A DNA stretch of 64,000 nt, taken from NCBI GenBank assembly GCA_963749495.1, contig CAVVMW010000015.1:462777-526776 (forward strand). The letters run 5' to 3'. The DNA comes from an uncultured bacterium (GTDB taxonomy: Bacteria > Verrucomicrobiota > Verrucomicrobiia > Limisphaerales > UBA8199). Both the position numbers and the translations under genes were made by a program. Below are positions 1-9,985 of this stretch, one piece after another; the first letter of the stretch is position 1, and each line of letters opens with the position of its first letter. Under the pieces are notes generated by a model. That model was not told the DNA's origin. It did not search any database and saw nothing but the letters and a program-made list of their open reading frames with translations.

Positions 1-294
1 ACTGAACCCGGCGGTGATCTTGTTCATCTCGGCGCTGGAGATTTCCTTGGCCTGGCCCAGGGCCTGGTTGGCCGCCGTGAGGATCAGGTCCTCGAGCAAC
101 TGGGCATCCGCCGGGTTGATCGCCTGCGGGTCGATCTTGATCGAGGCCACCGTGCCGTCGCACTTGGCCACCACCTTGACCGCCCCGCCGCCGCTGGTCG
201 CCTCGACGGTGCGGCTGGCGAGGCTGGCCTGGAGTTGTTCCACCTGTTGCTGCATGCGCGCAGCCTGTTTGACGATTTTGCCGATGCTGGACAT
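1..294 (-). CDS. ybaB: YbaB/EbfC family nucleoid-associated protein (3' end outside window)
   Basis: Manual translation from ATG at 294: MSSIGKIVKQAARMQQQVEQLQASLASRTVEATSGGGAVKVVAKCDG...LEDLILTAANQAL; canonical position directly downstream of dnaX. Confidence 0.9.
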   Translation of the reverse strand, partial: MSSIGKIVKQAARMQQQVEQLQASLASRTVEATSGGGAVKVVAKCDGTVASIKIDPQAINPADAQLLEDLILTAANQALGQAKEISSAEMNKITAGFS

Positions 295-329
295 AGCTTG
301 CTCTGTTGTCTGTGTTATCTCCCGTTCAC

Positions 330-2159
330 TCAGGCGCGGACTTCCACGATTTGGCCTTTGAAGATTTCGAGGGCCTTCTGGATGAGCGGGTCGTTCTTGA
401 AATCGTCCTTGCTGAACGGGATGGGAGCCGGCTTCGGCTTGGTGGGCGTGGCGCCGGGCGCCGCCGTGGGCGGCGCGGTCCCGGCGGGGGGCGGGCCGGC
501 CGGGAGGCTGGGCGCAGGCTCGGGCGCCAAGGCGGGCGTGGGCGCCGCGGCGCTCGCCGGCGCCTGGGCCTTGACGAACTTGAATTGCACGTTGGGATGG
601 CCCAATTCGAGCAGCTTGGTTTGCAGCAGCGTGTGGGTGCGCGCCACGTCCACCAGGCCGATATGGTTCTCGAACTCGGGGTCGAAGCCGATCGTGAACA
701 GGTTCTTGCTGAACGAGACGGGGTGCGCCTCCAGCAGATAGGTGCGGGTGAACGGACTGGCCCGGCCAAGGGCCTCGAGCAGCCTGGCCCAGAGCGCGTG
801 GAGGTCTCCGGCCGCCGCGGGCAGGGCAGGGGCGCTGGTCTCGCGCATTTCACCTGCGCCCGCGGGCGCAGGCCCCGCTGCGGGCCTGGCCAGGTTCGGC
901 TCCGCGCGGGCAGCAGCCGGGGGCGCCGCGCCGGGGGCGAACTGGGCCCGGAAGGGGCTCGGCCCGGGCGCCGAGGCCGGGGCCGGGGCTGGGAGGCTGA
1001 CGACCTCGCCGCCTGCGGATTGGTTGCGCAGCGCCTGGAGTTGCTTGAGGAGAGTCTCGATGCTCACGGCCGCGCGGGCCTCGATGGCCTTGAGCAAGGC
1101 GACTTCGACCAGGATCCGCTTCGAGCTGGTGTCGCGCAGGCGCAGGTCGGCGTCGCCCAGGACCTCAAGGATGCGCGTGAGCCCTTCCGTGTTGGCCAGC
1201 TTTGCCTGCTCAGCCAGCACGGCCGCCTCAGCCTCGGCCACCTCGATCAACGTCATGTCTCCGCGCGACACCTGGAAGATGAGCAGGTTGCGGAAGTGGT
1301 TCAGCAAATCAGCCAGGAGCCGGGCCAGGTCTTTGCCGCGGCACGCCAGGTCGTTCAATTGCCGGAGCGCGCCTTCGACCTCGCCCGACAGCACCGCCCC
1401 GGAGAGGTCCAAGAGCTGTTTGGGGGCCGTCAGGCCGAACATCGAGAGCACGTCCGCCTCCTGGATCTGCTCGCCGCAGAAGCTGATGAGCTGGTCCAGG
1501 GCCGATTGCGCGTCACGCATCCCGCCTTCGGCGCCCCGCGCCATGGCATAAAGGGCTGCCGGCTCGACCTGGACCTTCTCCTTGCGGGCAATCTCGTCCA
1601 GATGCTTGACGATGAGCGCCGCCGGGATGCGCCGCAGGTCGAACCGCTGGCACCTCGACAGGATCGTCGGCAGGACCTTCTCCGGCTCGGTCGTGGCGAA
1701 CATGAACTTCACATGGCCCGGGGGCTCTTCCAGGGTCTTGAGCAGGGCATTGAAGGCCTCCTTGGTGAGCATGTGGACTTCGTCGATGATATAGACCCTG
1801 AACTTCGAGGCGGCCGGGGCGTAATTGACCGTCTCGCGCAGGCCGCGGATTTCATCGATGCCGCGGTTGCTGGCAGCGTCGATTTCCAGCACGTCCAGCG
1901 AGCGGCCTTCGGCAATCTCCACGCATCGCGGGTCGTGCTCGTCGAAATCCACCTTCGGACCGCCGGTGGCATTGAGGCACTTGGCGAAGATCCGGGCGAT
2001 GGTAGTCTTGCCGGTGCCGCGCGGCCCGCAAAACAAGTAGGCGTGCGCGATCCGATTCTGTTGGATGGCGTGGACCAGCGTCTGCGTGACGTGCTCCTGG
2101 CCCACCACCTCGCTGAACCGCTGCGGGCGGTACTTCCGGGCTATGACTTGATAGGACAT
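330..2159 (-). CDS. dnaX: DNA polymerase III subunit gamma/tau
   Basis: MSYQVIARKYRPQRFSEVVGQEH start, GPRGTGKTT Walker A, IIDEVHML, SRCQRF motif, Pro/Ala-rich linker. Confidence 0.97.
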   Translation of the reverse strand: MSYQVIARKYRPQRFSEVVGQEHVTQTLVHAIQQNRIAHAYLFCGPRGTGKTTIARIFAKCLNATGGPKVDFDEHDPRCVEIAEGRSLDVLEIDAASNRGIDEIRGLRETVNYAPAASKFRVYIIDEVHMLTKEAFNALLKTLEEPPGHVKFMFATTEPEKVLPTILSRCQRFDLRRIPAALIVKHLDEIARKEKVQVEPAALYAMARGAEGGMRDAQSALDQLISFCGEQIQEADVLSMFGLTAPKQLLDLSGAVLSGEVEGALRQLNDLACRGKDLARLLADLLNHFRNLLIFQVSRGDMTLIEVAEAEAAVLAEQAKLANTEGLTRILEVLGDADLRLRDTSSKRILVEVALLKAIEARAAVSIETLLKQLQALRNQSAGGEVVSLPAPAPASAPGPSPFRAQFAPGAAPPAAARAEPNLARPAAGPAPAGAGEMRETSAPALPAAAGDLHALWARLLEALGRASPFTRTYLLEAHPVSFSKNLFTIGFDPEFENHIGLVDVARTHTLLQTKLLELGHPNVQFKFVKAQAPASAAAPTPALAPEPAPSLPAGPPPAGTAPPTAAPGATPTKPKPAPIPFSKDDFKNDPLIQKALEIFKGQIVEVRA

Positions 2160-2181
2160 TTTCGATCGGCCTGGTGCAAAA

Positions 2182-2277
2182 GTGCCAGGGTGACCACGGC
2201 AGACGCGGAGCAGACTGCCGTTGCTGCCTTCCGGCCCTGGCGGGGTTCGTGAGTCCGCATTCCATGGGCCCTGGCAC
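2182..2277 (-). ncRNA. ffs: Signal recognition particle RNA (4.5S)
   Basis: Minus strand GTGCCAGGG...CCCTGGCAC terminal stem enclosing CCAGGGCCGGAAGGCAGCAAC (GGAA tetraloop helix-8 motif); ~96 nt; usual location upstream of dnaX. Confidence 0.9.
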
Positions 2278-2306
2278 GGCCAATGTGCCGCAGGAGTTAG
2301 GCCGCT

Positions 2307-3374
2307 TCAAGCAGAAATGATCTCGGCCCAGCCGTGGGCGTCGCGGACGGCGATCATGGCGCGGAGGATGTCGTTCCAGGTCTGCTGCCGGAGCATGACG
2401 GCGTTGGGGAACATGCAGCCGTCCCAGCACAGGTGGCGCATGGACCTGGCCGGTTGGCCGTCCTGGCCGCGCAGCCAATAGCCGGCATGATGAGTAATGT
2501 CGAGCTTGCCGTTGGGGTCGCCGGGCAGGCAATGGTGGCCCGTCTTGTCGTGCGTGCCTGAGCCGTGGACCGTCGCGTCGTTCTGCGCCACGTGAAAATC
2601 AATGGTCCATGGCCGCAACGCGGCAGTGAGCGTTGCCATGGCGGCATCGAGCCGGCCCGGGTCCGACCAATCCCAATCGGGGCTGAGGATGGCGTCCTCC
2701 GGGGCGTTGTAGCCCAGGATATAGAGCAGCGTATGGGCCATGTCGGCTTGGAAACCGAGCGTCTTGGGCCGGTTGACTCGCTCGAGCAGGGCGGCCATGT
2801 GCCGCCAACTGTGCATGCCGCCCCAGCAGATCTCGCCTTCGGCCGCCAGCCGTTCGCCAAAATCCTCCGCCACCAGGCAGGCCTCGGTGAACGTCTGCGC
2901 GATTCTCCCCTGGTTGCCCGTGGGGTCCTTGGCCCACTCGGCAACACCGCACGCCGAATCGATCCGCACCACGCCGTAGGGGCGGGCGCCCAATTCCCGC
3001 AGCCTCTGGCCGATGCGACAGGCCTTCCGCACCTGGCCCACGAATCGCTTGCGGTCCTCCGCATTGCCCAGGGCGGGACCGCCGCCCGTCGGACCCCACA
3101 CCGGCGCCACCACCGAGCCGACCACAAACCCCTTGGCCCGCACCTTGTCCGCCAGCCGCTTGACCCCATCGTCATCGCACTCGATGCTCAGATGCGGGTC
3201 GAAGAGGAACAAATCGACCCCGTCAAACCGCGTGCCCTCCACCTCGGCCTTGGCCGTCAGATCCAGCATGGTGTCCAGGTCGATGCTTGGTTCAGCCCCA
3301 GGGCTGCCCTTGCCGACCAGGCCCGGCCACATGGCGTTGTGCAGCTTTGGATAACTGTTGCATTGCGCGCTCAT
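2307..3374 (-). CDS. Xylose isomerase-like TIM-barrel protein (sugar phosphate isomerase/epimerase family)
   Basis: 355 aa; [22 protein letters not shown] metal-site-like motifs. Confidence 0.75.
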   Translation of the reverse strand: MSAQCNSYPKLHNAMWPGLVGKGSPGAEPSIDLDTMLDLTAKAEVEGTRFDGVDLFLFDPHLSIECDDDGVKRLADKVRAKGFVVGSVVAPVWGPTGGGPALGNAEDRKRFVGQVRKACRIGQRLRELGARPYGVVRIDSACGVAEWAKDPTGNQGRIAQTFTEACLVAEDFGERLAAEGEICWGGMHSWRHMAALLERVNRPKTLGFQADMAHTLLYILGYNAPEDAILSPDWDWSDPGRLDAAMATLTAALRPWTIDFHVAQNDATVHGSGTHDKTGHHCLPGDPNGKLDITHHAGYWLRGQDGQPARSMRHLCWDGCMFPNAVMLRQQTWNDILRAMIAVRDAHGWAEIISA

Positions 3375-3453
3375 AAATCAGTTCGTTTGGAAGATGTGCC
3401 CAAACCATGCAAGACATTCCCCTGTGGAGCAATCACAATTTAGCCTTTAGCCT

Positions 3454-4773
3454 TTAGCCTTTTCTGAGCACCACCACCCGGTTGGTGTTCGTGCCCTTGG
3501 CCATATTGCTGACGCCCCAGCAGTTGGCGGTCTTGGTGAACTGCTGGTCGTTGATGAGGACCAGGACCGGTTCGAGCCCGGCGGCGGCGGCGCAGGGCAG
3601 GACGGCCTGCTCGAGCCGGGTCTTGCCGCGATGGACCTCGCCCACCTCGAAGGCCACGTGGCCGCCGGGGGCCAGGACGCGGCGTAACTCCCCGAACACG
3701 TCGGTCATGGCCGCCTGCCAGTCGTGTAGTTTGCTGGGCACCGTCAGGGGCACCGAGGCGGCATCGATGCCCAGGAACCAGCAGCGCAGCCAATTGTCTG
3801 TGGCATAACCCACCACATCGAGAAAGGGCGGCGAGGTGACCACCAGCGAGACGGAGCGGTCCGGGATGGCGGGCGTGCGCGCGGCGTGCGCGGTCAACAG
3901 GAGCGAGCGGGCGGCGGCGGCGGCCAGGCGGGCGCGCGTGGCGGCATCGCAGTCGCGGAGCAAGTGGCGGCTCTTTTTGAGGATCAAAGCCGGCACCTGG
4001 CGCAGCGGCGGGGTTTGTTTGCGCCGGGCGTTGATTCGCTGCTGGGACTGGATTGAGACCGCCTGGTTGGGCGGCAGGGTATAGACCGAGAAGAACCCGG
4101 GAGAATGGCCCGTCAAGCGGTTGAGCGCCAGCAGGCAAATCCACTCGTCCACCGCATCCAGCGAATGGGTCCGGCGGCGTCCGAGCAGGTATCTCTTGAG
4201 CGCGGCGATGGCGCGCAACGTAGCGGGGTGATAAAAAACCAGCAAAGAGTCCGGGACCTGGGCGGGCGCGGCAAAATCGATTTCACCCAGGCGCCGGGCC
4301 ACCTGGTCCTGGAAGGGCGGGCGCAACCGCGGCCCCGCCAGCACGGCGCTCAGTGGGTTCAGGTCGCACCCCAAGGGCGTCCGCCCCAACAGCGCCGCTT
4401 CCAGCACCGTCGTGCCCCGGCCCATGAACGGGTCATAAACCGCCTGGCCGGGCCGGGTCAGGCGCTCGATAAAGAACCTGGGCAACTGCGGCTTGAAACA
4501 AGCCCGATAGGAGATCTCGTGGAGCGAATGGGCCTGGCGCTGCCGGGCTGTCCAGAACTCGTTCACGAATGTCGGGACTTGGCGCGCCTGGCCGCCGGGC
4601 CCCGTGTAGGGGGTCGTCAACCGGCGCGTCGCCCGTCCAAACTCGTGAAAGTCCTCCAACTCCTCGATCCAGGAGGGCCGCGGGCCCCGCCTGCGAGTCG
4701 AGGCAGGCACGGGCCGGGCTTCCGGGCTTGGGCTCCCGGGATTCCGGGGACGGATGCGGGTTGGGCGCTTCAT
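3454..4773 (-). CDS. Orphan site-specific DNA methyltransferase (N4-C/N6-A type)
   Basis: Motif I YDPFMGRGTT followed by motif IV VTSPPF; start uncertain (ATG 4773 chosen because the longer ORF runs into a REP). Confidence 0.8.
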   Translation of the reverse strand: MKRPTRIRPRNPGSPSPEARPVPASTRRRGPRPSWIEELEDFHEFGRATRRLTTPYTGPGGQARQVPTFVNEFWTARQRQAHSLHEISYRACFKPQLPRFFIERLTRPGQAVYDPFMGRGTTVLEAALLGRTPLGCDLNPLSAVLAGPRLRPPFQDQVARRLGEIDFAAPAQVPDSLLVFYHPATLRAIAALKRYLLGRRRTHSLDAVDEWICLLALNRLTGHSPGFFSVYTLPPNQAVSIQSQQRINARRKQTPPLRQVPALILKKSRHLLRDCDAATRARLAAAAARSLLLTAHAARTPAIPDRSVSLVVTSPPFLDVVGYATDNWLRCWFLGIDAASVPLTVPSKLHDWQAAMTDVFGELRRVLAPGGHVAFEVGEVHRGKTRLEQAVLPCAAAAGLEPVLVLINDQQFTKTANCWGVSNMAKGTNTNRVVVLRKG

Positions 4774-4888
4774 CAGGCGCCGCCTAGCACAGCAGCTTTG
4801 CCCGCCTTGCGCAATGCCAATTCGGGGCGCATTCCGCCTTGCCGGGAGGGCCGTTGACAGAGCCGTAGCGCAGGTTTCCAAACCTGCT

Positions 4889-6249
4889 GAGCCTTTTGCA
4901 AAACGAAAGAGGAAGGAGACAAAGTTGATCCAGGGTTGGACGTTGGGAAGGCAGGTGTCTATTCATTGAACTGGCTTGGCGCCCCGCTTGGAACGAAAAC
5001 GGCCCGCAAGCCGGCAGGCAGGGGTTCTCAGGCGATACGCCTCCCATCACGCCCCTGGTGGAGCGCGGGCCATTGGCATGGAAAGTGGGGATGTCAACAC
5101 AAGCGAGCCCAGATGCCCAAGGTGGCGACCGCCAAGACTCCGAACATCAAATGGCACATGACCTTGGCGGCTCCTCGCACATGCACCGTCCGGGCCCCAA
5201 ACTCCTCTTCGAGCCGGCCGTTAACTCGCTCGCTGGCAGTGCGCTGCTTATAGCGTTGGCGCTCCGCCGGATCCAGCGGCACGAAGCCCTCCCGTTCCTT
5301 GGGATCAATAATTGGCACGTGTCCCAAGCCCCGACAAAAGTCCTTGATGAAGTGCGCGTCGTAGGCCGAGTCCATCAGTTCATAGAGCGCCTGAACCCGT
5401 TGGGCGCTCTGCTGCGCCAGGGGAATAGCAACCTGACTATCATGCAGGCTGGCACTGGTCAGCACCGCACCGATGGGAATATCCCCGTCAATCACGTCCA
5501 GGTGCAGTTTGTAGCCTCGCCACCAGGTCTTGTAACCCTTGGCATCGGTCTTACACCCTATATCGCATCCCCGCGGCAGGTCGGCCAGGTTCTGCTCCAG
5601 CGAGCGGGCCATCTGGATCTCCAGCTTGGTACGAGGCGGGCGCACCTCACCTTTCTTGGGCCGGCCGGCCTTGCCAGGGGGCGGAGCAACCATCTCCGGC
5701 TTGGTCGCCTTGCGCTCCGGCACACTAATGGCCGTGCTGTCCCGGCTGATGTGCCCCACCAGCTTGGGCCGACAGTGTATCTCCACCAACGCCGCGTGGA
5801 TTTGCTGCGGCAATTCGTCGGCGGCAAACACGCTAAAGGCCCGCGAGAAAGTCGAGCGCTCCGGCAACTGGCCCAAGCTTTCCCAGCCGCAGAGCCGCCG
5901 CAGCGTGGGGCGAGCGTTCAAGGCATCGATCAATGCTTCGGTCGTGGCAAATCCATAAACGGCTTTGGCGATAAAGGCGTGCAGCACCCAGACCCGCTCA
6001 TGGGGAGGTCGCCCCTGCCCACATCCCTCGTAACGAAGCAGAAAACGTCCCAAAGGCAGCAGCGAAATTACCTCGACAAATTGCTGGTCCTTGGCCCCCA
6101 AGGACCCGAGTTCCTCGGTCAAAACCGGGAAAAGTTGGCGTTGGAGGTGTTGCCACAGGTCAGGCAGGTCAGGCATATGCGTGGTTTGATCCATCTGCCG
6201 ACCAGATTATTCAAGAATCCTGCAACTTTCCGACTTTTGCAAAAGGCTC
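4889..6249 (-). mobile_element. Complete IS (IS5/IS1182-like DDE), 1361 bp
   Basis: 15-bp perfect TIRs GAGCCTTTTGCAAAA (4889-4903) / TTTTGCAAAAGGCTC (6235-6249); 4-bp TSD TGCT (4885-4888, 6250-6253). Confidence 0.92.
5094..6194 (-). CDS. DDE transposase (IS5/IS1182-like)
   Basis: ISRDST, GYKLHL, LMDSAYD, YKQRTASERVNGRL motifs; lies inside TIRs. Confidence 0.9.
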   Translation of the reverse strand: MDQTTHMPDLPDLWQHLQRQLFPVLTEELGSLGAKDQQFVEVISLLPLGRFLLRYEGCGQGRPPHERVWVLHAFIAKAVYGFATTEALIDALNARPTLRRLCGWESLGQLPERSTFSRAFSVFAADELPQQIHAALVEIHCRPKLVGHISRDSTAISVPERKATKPEMVAPPPGKAGRPKKGEVRPPRTKLEIQMARSLEQNLADLPRGCDIGCKTDAKGYKTWWRGYKLHLDVIDGDIPIGAVLTSASLHDSQVAIPLAQQSAQRVQALYELMDSAYDAHFIKDFCRGLGHVPIIDPKEREGFVPLDPAERQRYKQRTASERVNGRLEEEFGARTVHVRGAAKVMCHLMFGVLAVATLGIWARLC

Positions 6250-6573
6250 TGCTGTATCGCCGATTTCCAATCGGCAGGGCGTCGGCATGTCGAGCGCCCC
6301 CGGTTTGCGGACGGCCTGCGGGTTTGGAAACCCGCGATACAGCAGGTTTGGAAACCTGCGCTACGCTGACGCCCCTGGCGCACAGGCGCGCCGAGCGACT
6401 TTGTCAATGGCCCTGACCTTGCCGGAGCGCGGACATTCCTTTCTGCTGGGAGCGGCGGGTCCTCAAAAGCGCCAGGGATGAAATGCAACGGATAAAAGGG
6501 ACGTAAGGGACGCCCGGGCTCCGACGCGTCTCCAGCGCTGGCAATCCCCCCTCGGGGCGGCTATAATGTCGGC

Positions 6574-7158
6574 GTGCATTTGGCGCCTGAACCAGGTGAA
6601 TCCAAGCGGGCGTTGCGGCGCCAGGTCGGGGCGGTGCTGGGCGCCATGACCCCGTCACAGCGGAGCGCGGCTTCGGCCCAGGCGCAGGCGCTGCTGAGAG
6701 CCCGAGTTGAGTGGCGCTCGGCGCGGTCGGTCCTGCTGTATGCACCGCTGCCCCAGGAACTGGACCTCTGGCCGATGGCGGCGGAGGCCTTGGCTGGAGG
6801 AAAGCAGGTGTTCCTGCCCCGGTTCTCTCCGGCAACCGGGACCTACTCCCCGTGCCGGGTCGCAGACCTGGCCTTGGACCTCAAGCCCGGGCATTTCGGC
6901 ATCCGCGAGCCGGCGGAACACTGTGCGCTCTTTTTATTAAACGGGCTGGACTTGATCCTGGTGCCTGGGATAGCATTCGACCTGCATGGCCGCCGCCTTG
7001 GCCGGGGCAAAGGGTATTATGACCAAATGCTGGCGGGCCTGCGCGGGGTGACGTGCGGCGTGGCGTTCGATGAGCAGATCGTGGGCAACGTGCCCGTCGC
7101 GCCGCATGATGTACTGGTGAATCGCATCTTGACGCCGACGCGCTGGGTTGGGCTGTAA
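6574..7158 (+). CDS. ygfA: 5-formyltetrahydrofolate cyclo-ligase
   Basis: FGIREP, ILVPGIAFD, RLGRGKGYYD, PHDV motifs; upstream of rny. Confidence 0.92.
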   Translation: MHLAPEPGESKRALRRQVGAVLGAMTPSQRSAASAQAQALLRARVEWRSARSVLLYAPLPQELDLWPMAAEALAGGKQVFLPRFSPATGTYSPCRVADLALDLKPGHFGIREPAEHCALFLLNGLDLILVPGIAFDLHGRRLGRGKGYYDQMLAGLRGVTCGVAFDEQIVGNVPVAPHDVLVNRILTPTRWVGL

Positions 7159-7175
7159 CAGCGCGCGGTCCTGGA

Positions 7176-8738
7176 ATGACGTCATTGGCCAATATCGTGC
7201 AAGACGGCGCCCTCGCGACCGGAGGGGCGGTGCTTTGCTACCTCCTGCTCTGGTGGAAAGACCGCAGTCTCGGGGAGGCCAGGCAACGAGAGGCCGAGGC
7301 CTTCATGGCCAAGGCCCGCAGCGAGGCGGAGGCCTTGGCCGGGGCCGCCCGTCTGGCGGGCAAACAGGAGGCCCTCAAGCTGCGCGAGCAGATCGAACAA
7401 TCCTTCGCCAGCCTCCGCGCCGAGCGCATGGAACTGGAGCGCCGACTGGGCGAGCGCGAGGTCCTCATCAACTCCCAACTCGAACGTCTGGTCGAGACCG
7501 AAAAGGCCGTCAGCGGGCAGAAAGAGGCCCTGCGCGCGGGCGGCGAGGCCCTCGAACGCCAGGAGCGCGAGGTGGCCGAACTGGCCCGCCAGGCCCGCGA
7601 GCAACTCCAGAAGCTGGCGGGCTTGAGCCAGGCCGAGGCGCGCGAGGCCTTTCTCAGGAAAACCGAGCAGGAGGCCCTGCGGGATGCCAACACCCTGGCG
7701 CGCCATATCCTGGAGGAGGCCAAGGCCAAGGCCGAAGAGAAGGCACGCCGCATCATTAGCGTCGCCATCCAGCGCTACGCCGCCGAGCACACCTTCGAAA
7801 ACACCACCGCCAGCATCGCCCTCCAGGGCGACGAGATCAAGGGACGCATCATCGGGCGCGAGGGCCGCAACATCCGGGCCTTCGAGGCCGCCACGGGCGT
7901 GACCGTGCTCATCGACGACACCCCCGGGGCGGTGCTGCTCTCCGGGTTCGACCCGGTCCGCCGCGAGATCGCCCGCGAGTCCATGCTGCGCCTCATCGCC
8001 GACGGCCGCATCCACCCGACCCGCATCGAGGAAATCGTCGCCAAAGTGAGCCAGGAAATGGATGAAACCATCGTCCGGGTTGGCGAGGAGGCGGTGATGA
8101 AGGCGGGGCTGCCGCCCATGCACGTCGAGGTCGTCAAGCTGCTGGGCCGCCTCCATTTCCGCCACAGTTACTCGCAGAATATCCTGGCCCATTCCGTCGA
8201 GGTCGCCCACCTGGCCGGCCTTATGGCCGCCGAGTTGGGCCTGGACGTCGCCATGGCCAAACGCGCCGGGCTGTTGCACGACATCGGCAAGGCCGTCAAC
8301 CACGAGGTCGAGGGGCCCCACGCCCTGACCGGCGCCGAACTGCTCAAACGCTACGGCGAGTCCGATGGCGTCGTCAACGGCGTCGCCTCCCACCACAACG
8401 ACGTGGCCCCCTCGGGTCCGCTCGGCATCCTTGTCAGCGCCGCTGACGCCATCAGCGCCTCCCGCCCGGGCGCCCGTTCGGAGAACATGACCACCTATCT
8501 CAAGCGCGTCGATGACCTCGAACGGATTGCCGCCTCGTTGCCGGGCGTCGAAAAGGCCTTCGCCGTCCAGGCCGGGCGCGAACTGCGGGTCTTTGTCCAG
8601 CCCGACCAGATCGACGACGAGGCCGCTTTTGCCCTGGCGCGCAGCGTGGCCTCGAGGATCGAAAACGAATTGCAGTACCCCGGGCAAATCAAGGTGACAG
8701 TCATCCGCGAGACCCGGTGTGTGGAAGTGGCCAAGTGA
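7176..8738 (+). CDS. rny: Ribonuclease Y
   Basis: N-terminal TM, coiled coil, KH (KGRIIGREGRNIR), HD domain (GLLHDIGK), SASRPGAR. Confidence 0.97.
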   Translation: MTSLANIVQDGALATGGAVLCYLLLWWKDRSLGEARQREAEAFMAKARSEAEALAGAARLAGKQEALKLREQIEQSFASLRAERMELERRLGEREVLINSQLERLVETEKAVSGQKEALRAGGEALERQEREVAELARQAREQLQKLAGLSQAEAREAFLRKTEQEALRDANTLARHILEEAKAKAEEKARRIISVAIQRYAAEHTFENTTASIALQGDEIKGRIIGREGRNIRAFEAATGVTVLIDDTPGAVLLSGFDPVRREIARESMLRLIADGRIHPTRIEEIVAKVSQEMDETIVRVGEEAVMKAGLPPMHVEVVKLLGRLHFRHSYSQNILAHSVEVAHLAGLMAAELGLDVAMAKRAGLLHDIGKAVNHEVEGPHALTGAELLKRYGESDGVVNGVASHHNDVAPSGPLGILVSAADAISASRPGARSENMTTYLKRVDDLERIAASLPGVEKAFAVQAGRELRVFVQPDQIDDEAAFALARSVASRIENELQYPGQIKVTVIRETRCVEVAK

Positions 8739-8788
8739 GAGGCCCCCGCGCGGTGATCGGTCAGTGCAGGCGGAGACGGAGTGGCGGC

Positions 8789-8940
8789 CAGACCCCTCAC
8801 CCCGGCCCTCTCCCCTCCGAGGGGAGAGGGAGAGGCATCGGCGGTCTCGGGAGCTTCCAGGCGGCTGCGCTTCCTCAAAGCGCCACCGAGAACTCTCCCT
8901 CTCCCCTTCCGAAGGGGAGAGGGCCGGGGTGAGGGGTCTG
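8789..8940. repeat. Palindromic intergenic repeat (CCCTCACCCCGGCCCTCTCCC family) between convergent genes
   Basis: CAGACCCCTCACCCCGGCCCTCTCCCCT...AGGGGAGAGGGCCGGGGTGAGGGGTCTG inverted arms; second copy at 53353-53540. Confidence 0.8.
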
Positions 8941-8951
8941 CCCCGGTGCGC

Positions 8952-9125
8952 CTACCTTCCTTCGCGCATCGAGCTGGGCATCCCGTTTTCCCAGCTCTGA
9001 GGGGAGTTCCAGGGCCGCTCGGAGCGGTTTTCCGAATCGGTGGTAGCGCATCCGGCCAGGGCCAGGACACTCAGGCAGAGCAGCAGGAAAAAGAGCGCGC
9101 GGGGTTGGGCTGAGAGGGCTTTCAT
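8952..9125 (-). CDS. Small lipoprotein (57 aa)
   Basis: MKALS...LLLCLSVLALAGC lipobox; ATG overlaps the upstream stop (ATGA). Confidence 0.7.
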   Translation of the reverse strand: MKALSAQPRALFFLLLCLSVLALAGCATTDSENRSERPWNSPQSWENGMPSSMREGR

Positions 9126-9895
9126 TGCTCGGGATAGGCAGGGATGGCCAGGTCGCCCTCCATCACTTCTCCGATTTCCCAACCGGGCATGATGTTGGCG
9201 ACGCTGCGATTCTTCTCGAGGCTGCGGATGATGACCTTGGCGACGAGTTTGCCGTTCCGGTTGACCAGCATCTCCCCGAATTCCTTGGCGCGCTGGTCTT
9301 CGCCGATGTTGAGGACGACGAAATTGTACTTGGGATCGACCACCATCACCTTGCCCGTGAGGTTGGCCGGCAGGGTCACGTGCCGCTCCGGGTGGAGGAA
9401 GCGCTCGAGTTGGCTGGTGACCGTGTCGAGCTTCTGGGCCAGGAACTTGTTCTCCGCCTGGGCGCCGGCGAGGGTCTTTTGGGCGCCCTTCAAGTTCTCG
9501 TTGAGGGTGTTGACCTCCTTGGGGGTGAGTCCGATGGCTTCGAATTGGGCCAGCTTTTCGCGGGCAGCGTTGCGATCCGCGGTGGTCGTATCCAGGTCCT
9601 TCTGGAGCCTCTCGGCCAGCTTGGTCTGCTCGTCGGCCTTCTTGACCGCCTCGTCGCGCTCGGTGCTCGCCTGCTCCAGGTTCGCCTTGGTCTGGGCCAA
9701 CTCAGTCTGGGTCTTCTTGAGGTCCGCGGCGGTCCTCCGGTAGAGCCCCTCGAATTTCGTGTGCGCCTTGGTCTCGGTATCGAGATTGGTTTGGAGAGTG
9801 GTGACCTTCTCCTTCAAACCTCCAGGAATCCAGGCAACGATGCCGATGGCCAGCCCCGCAATGATGGCCACGATTAAGCTGATTCGAATCAACAT
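9122..9895 (-). CDS. Membrane-anchored coiled-coil hypothetical protein
   Basis: N-terminal hydrophobic helix, long coiled coil, C-terminal beta domain (FVVLNIG). Confidence 0.75.
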   Translation of the reverse strand: MLIRISLIVAIIAGLAIGIVAWIPGGLKEKVTTLQTNLDTETKAHTKFEGLYRRTAADLKKTQTELAQTKANLEQASTERDEAVKKADEQTKLAERLQKDLDTTTADRNAAREKLAQFEAIGLTPKEVNTLNENLKGAQKTLAGAQAENKFLAQKLDTVTSQLERFLHPERHVTLPANLTGKVMVVDPKYNFVVLNIGEDQRAKEFGEMLVNRNGKLVAKVIIRSLEKNRSVANIMPGWEIGEVMEGDLAIPAYPEQ

Positions 9896-9985
9896 GGTCT
9901 CGAAACGTGTTTCAACACTGTCGGGGATTCAAACTACTCACTGCCGCAACCGGTGTCAACGCTATTAGGGGACAAAAACGAGAGC

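Larger units (their letters stand above)
4865..6364. repeat. REP/REPIN-like palindrome split by an IS
   Basis: Removing the IS gives GTAGCGCAGGTTTCCAAACCTGCTGTATCGC, the exact reverse complement of GCGATACAGCAGGTTTGGAAACCTGCGCTAC ending at 6364. Confidence 0.85.

Noticed and set aside
330..2159. dnaX programmed frameshift producing gamma
   Set aside because: No A-AAA-AAG or long A-run slippery site seen after domain III.
6365..6560. 6S RNA (often upstream of ygfA)
   Set aside because: Only a short CCCTGGCGC/GCGCCAGGG pairing and a REP-like fragment; no convincing ~180-nt rod with a central bubble.
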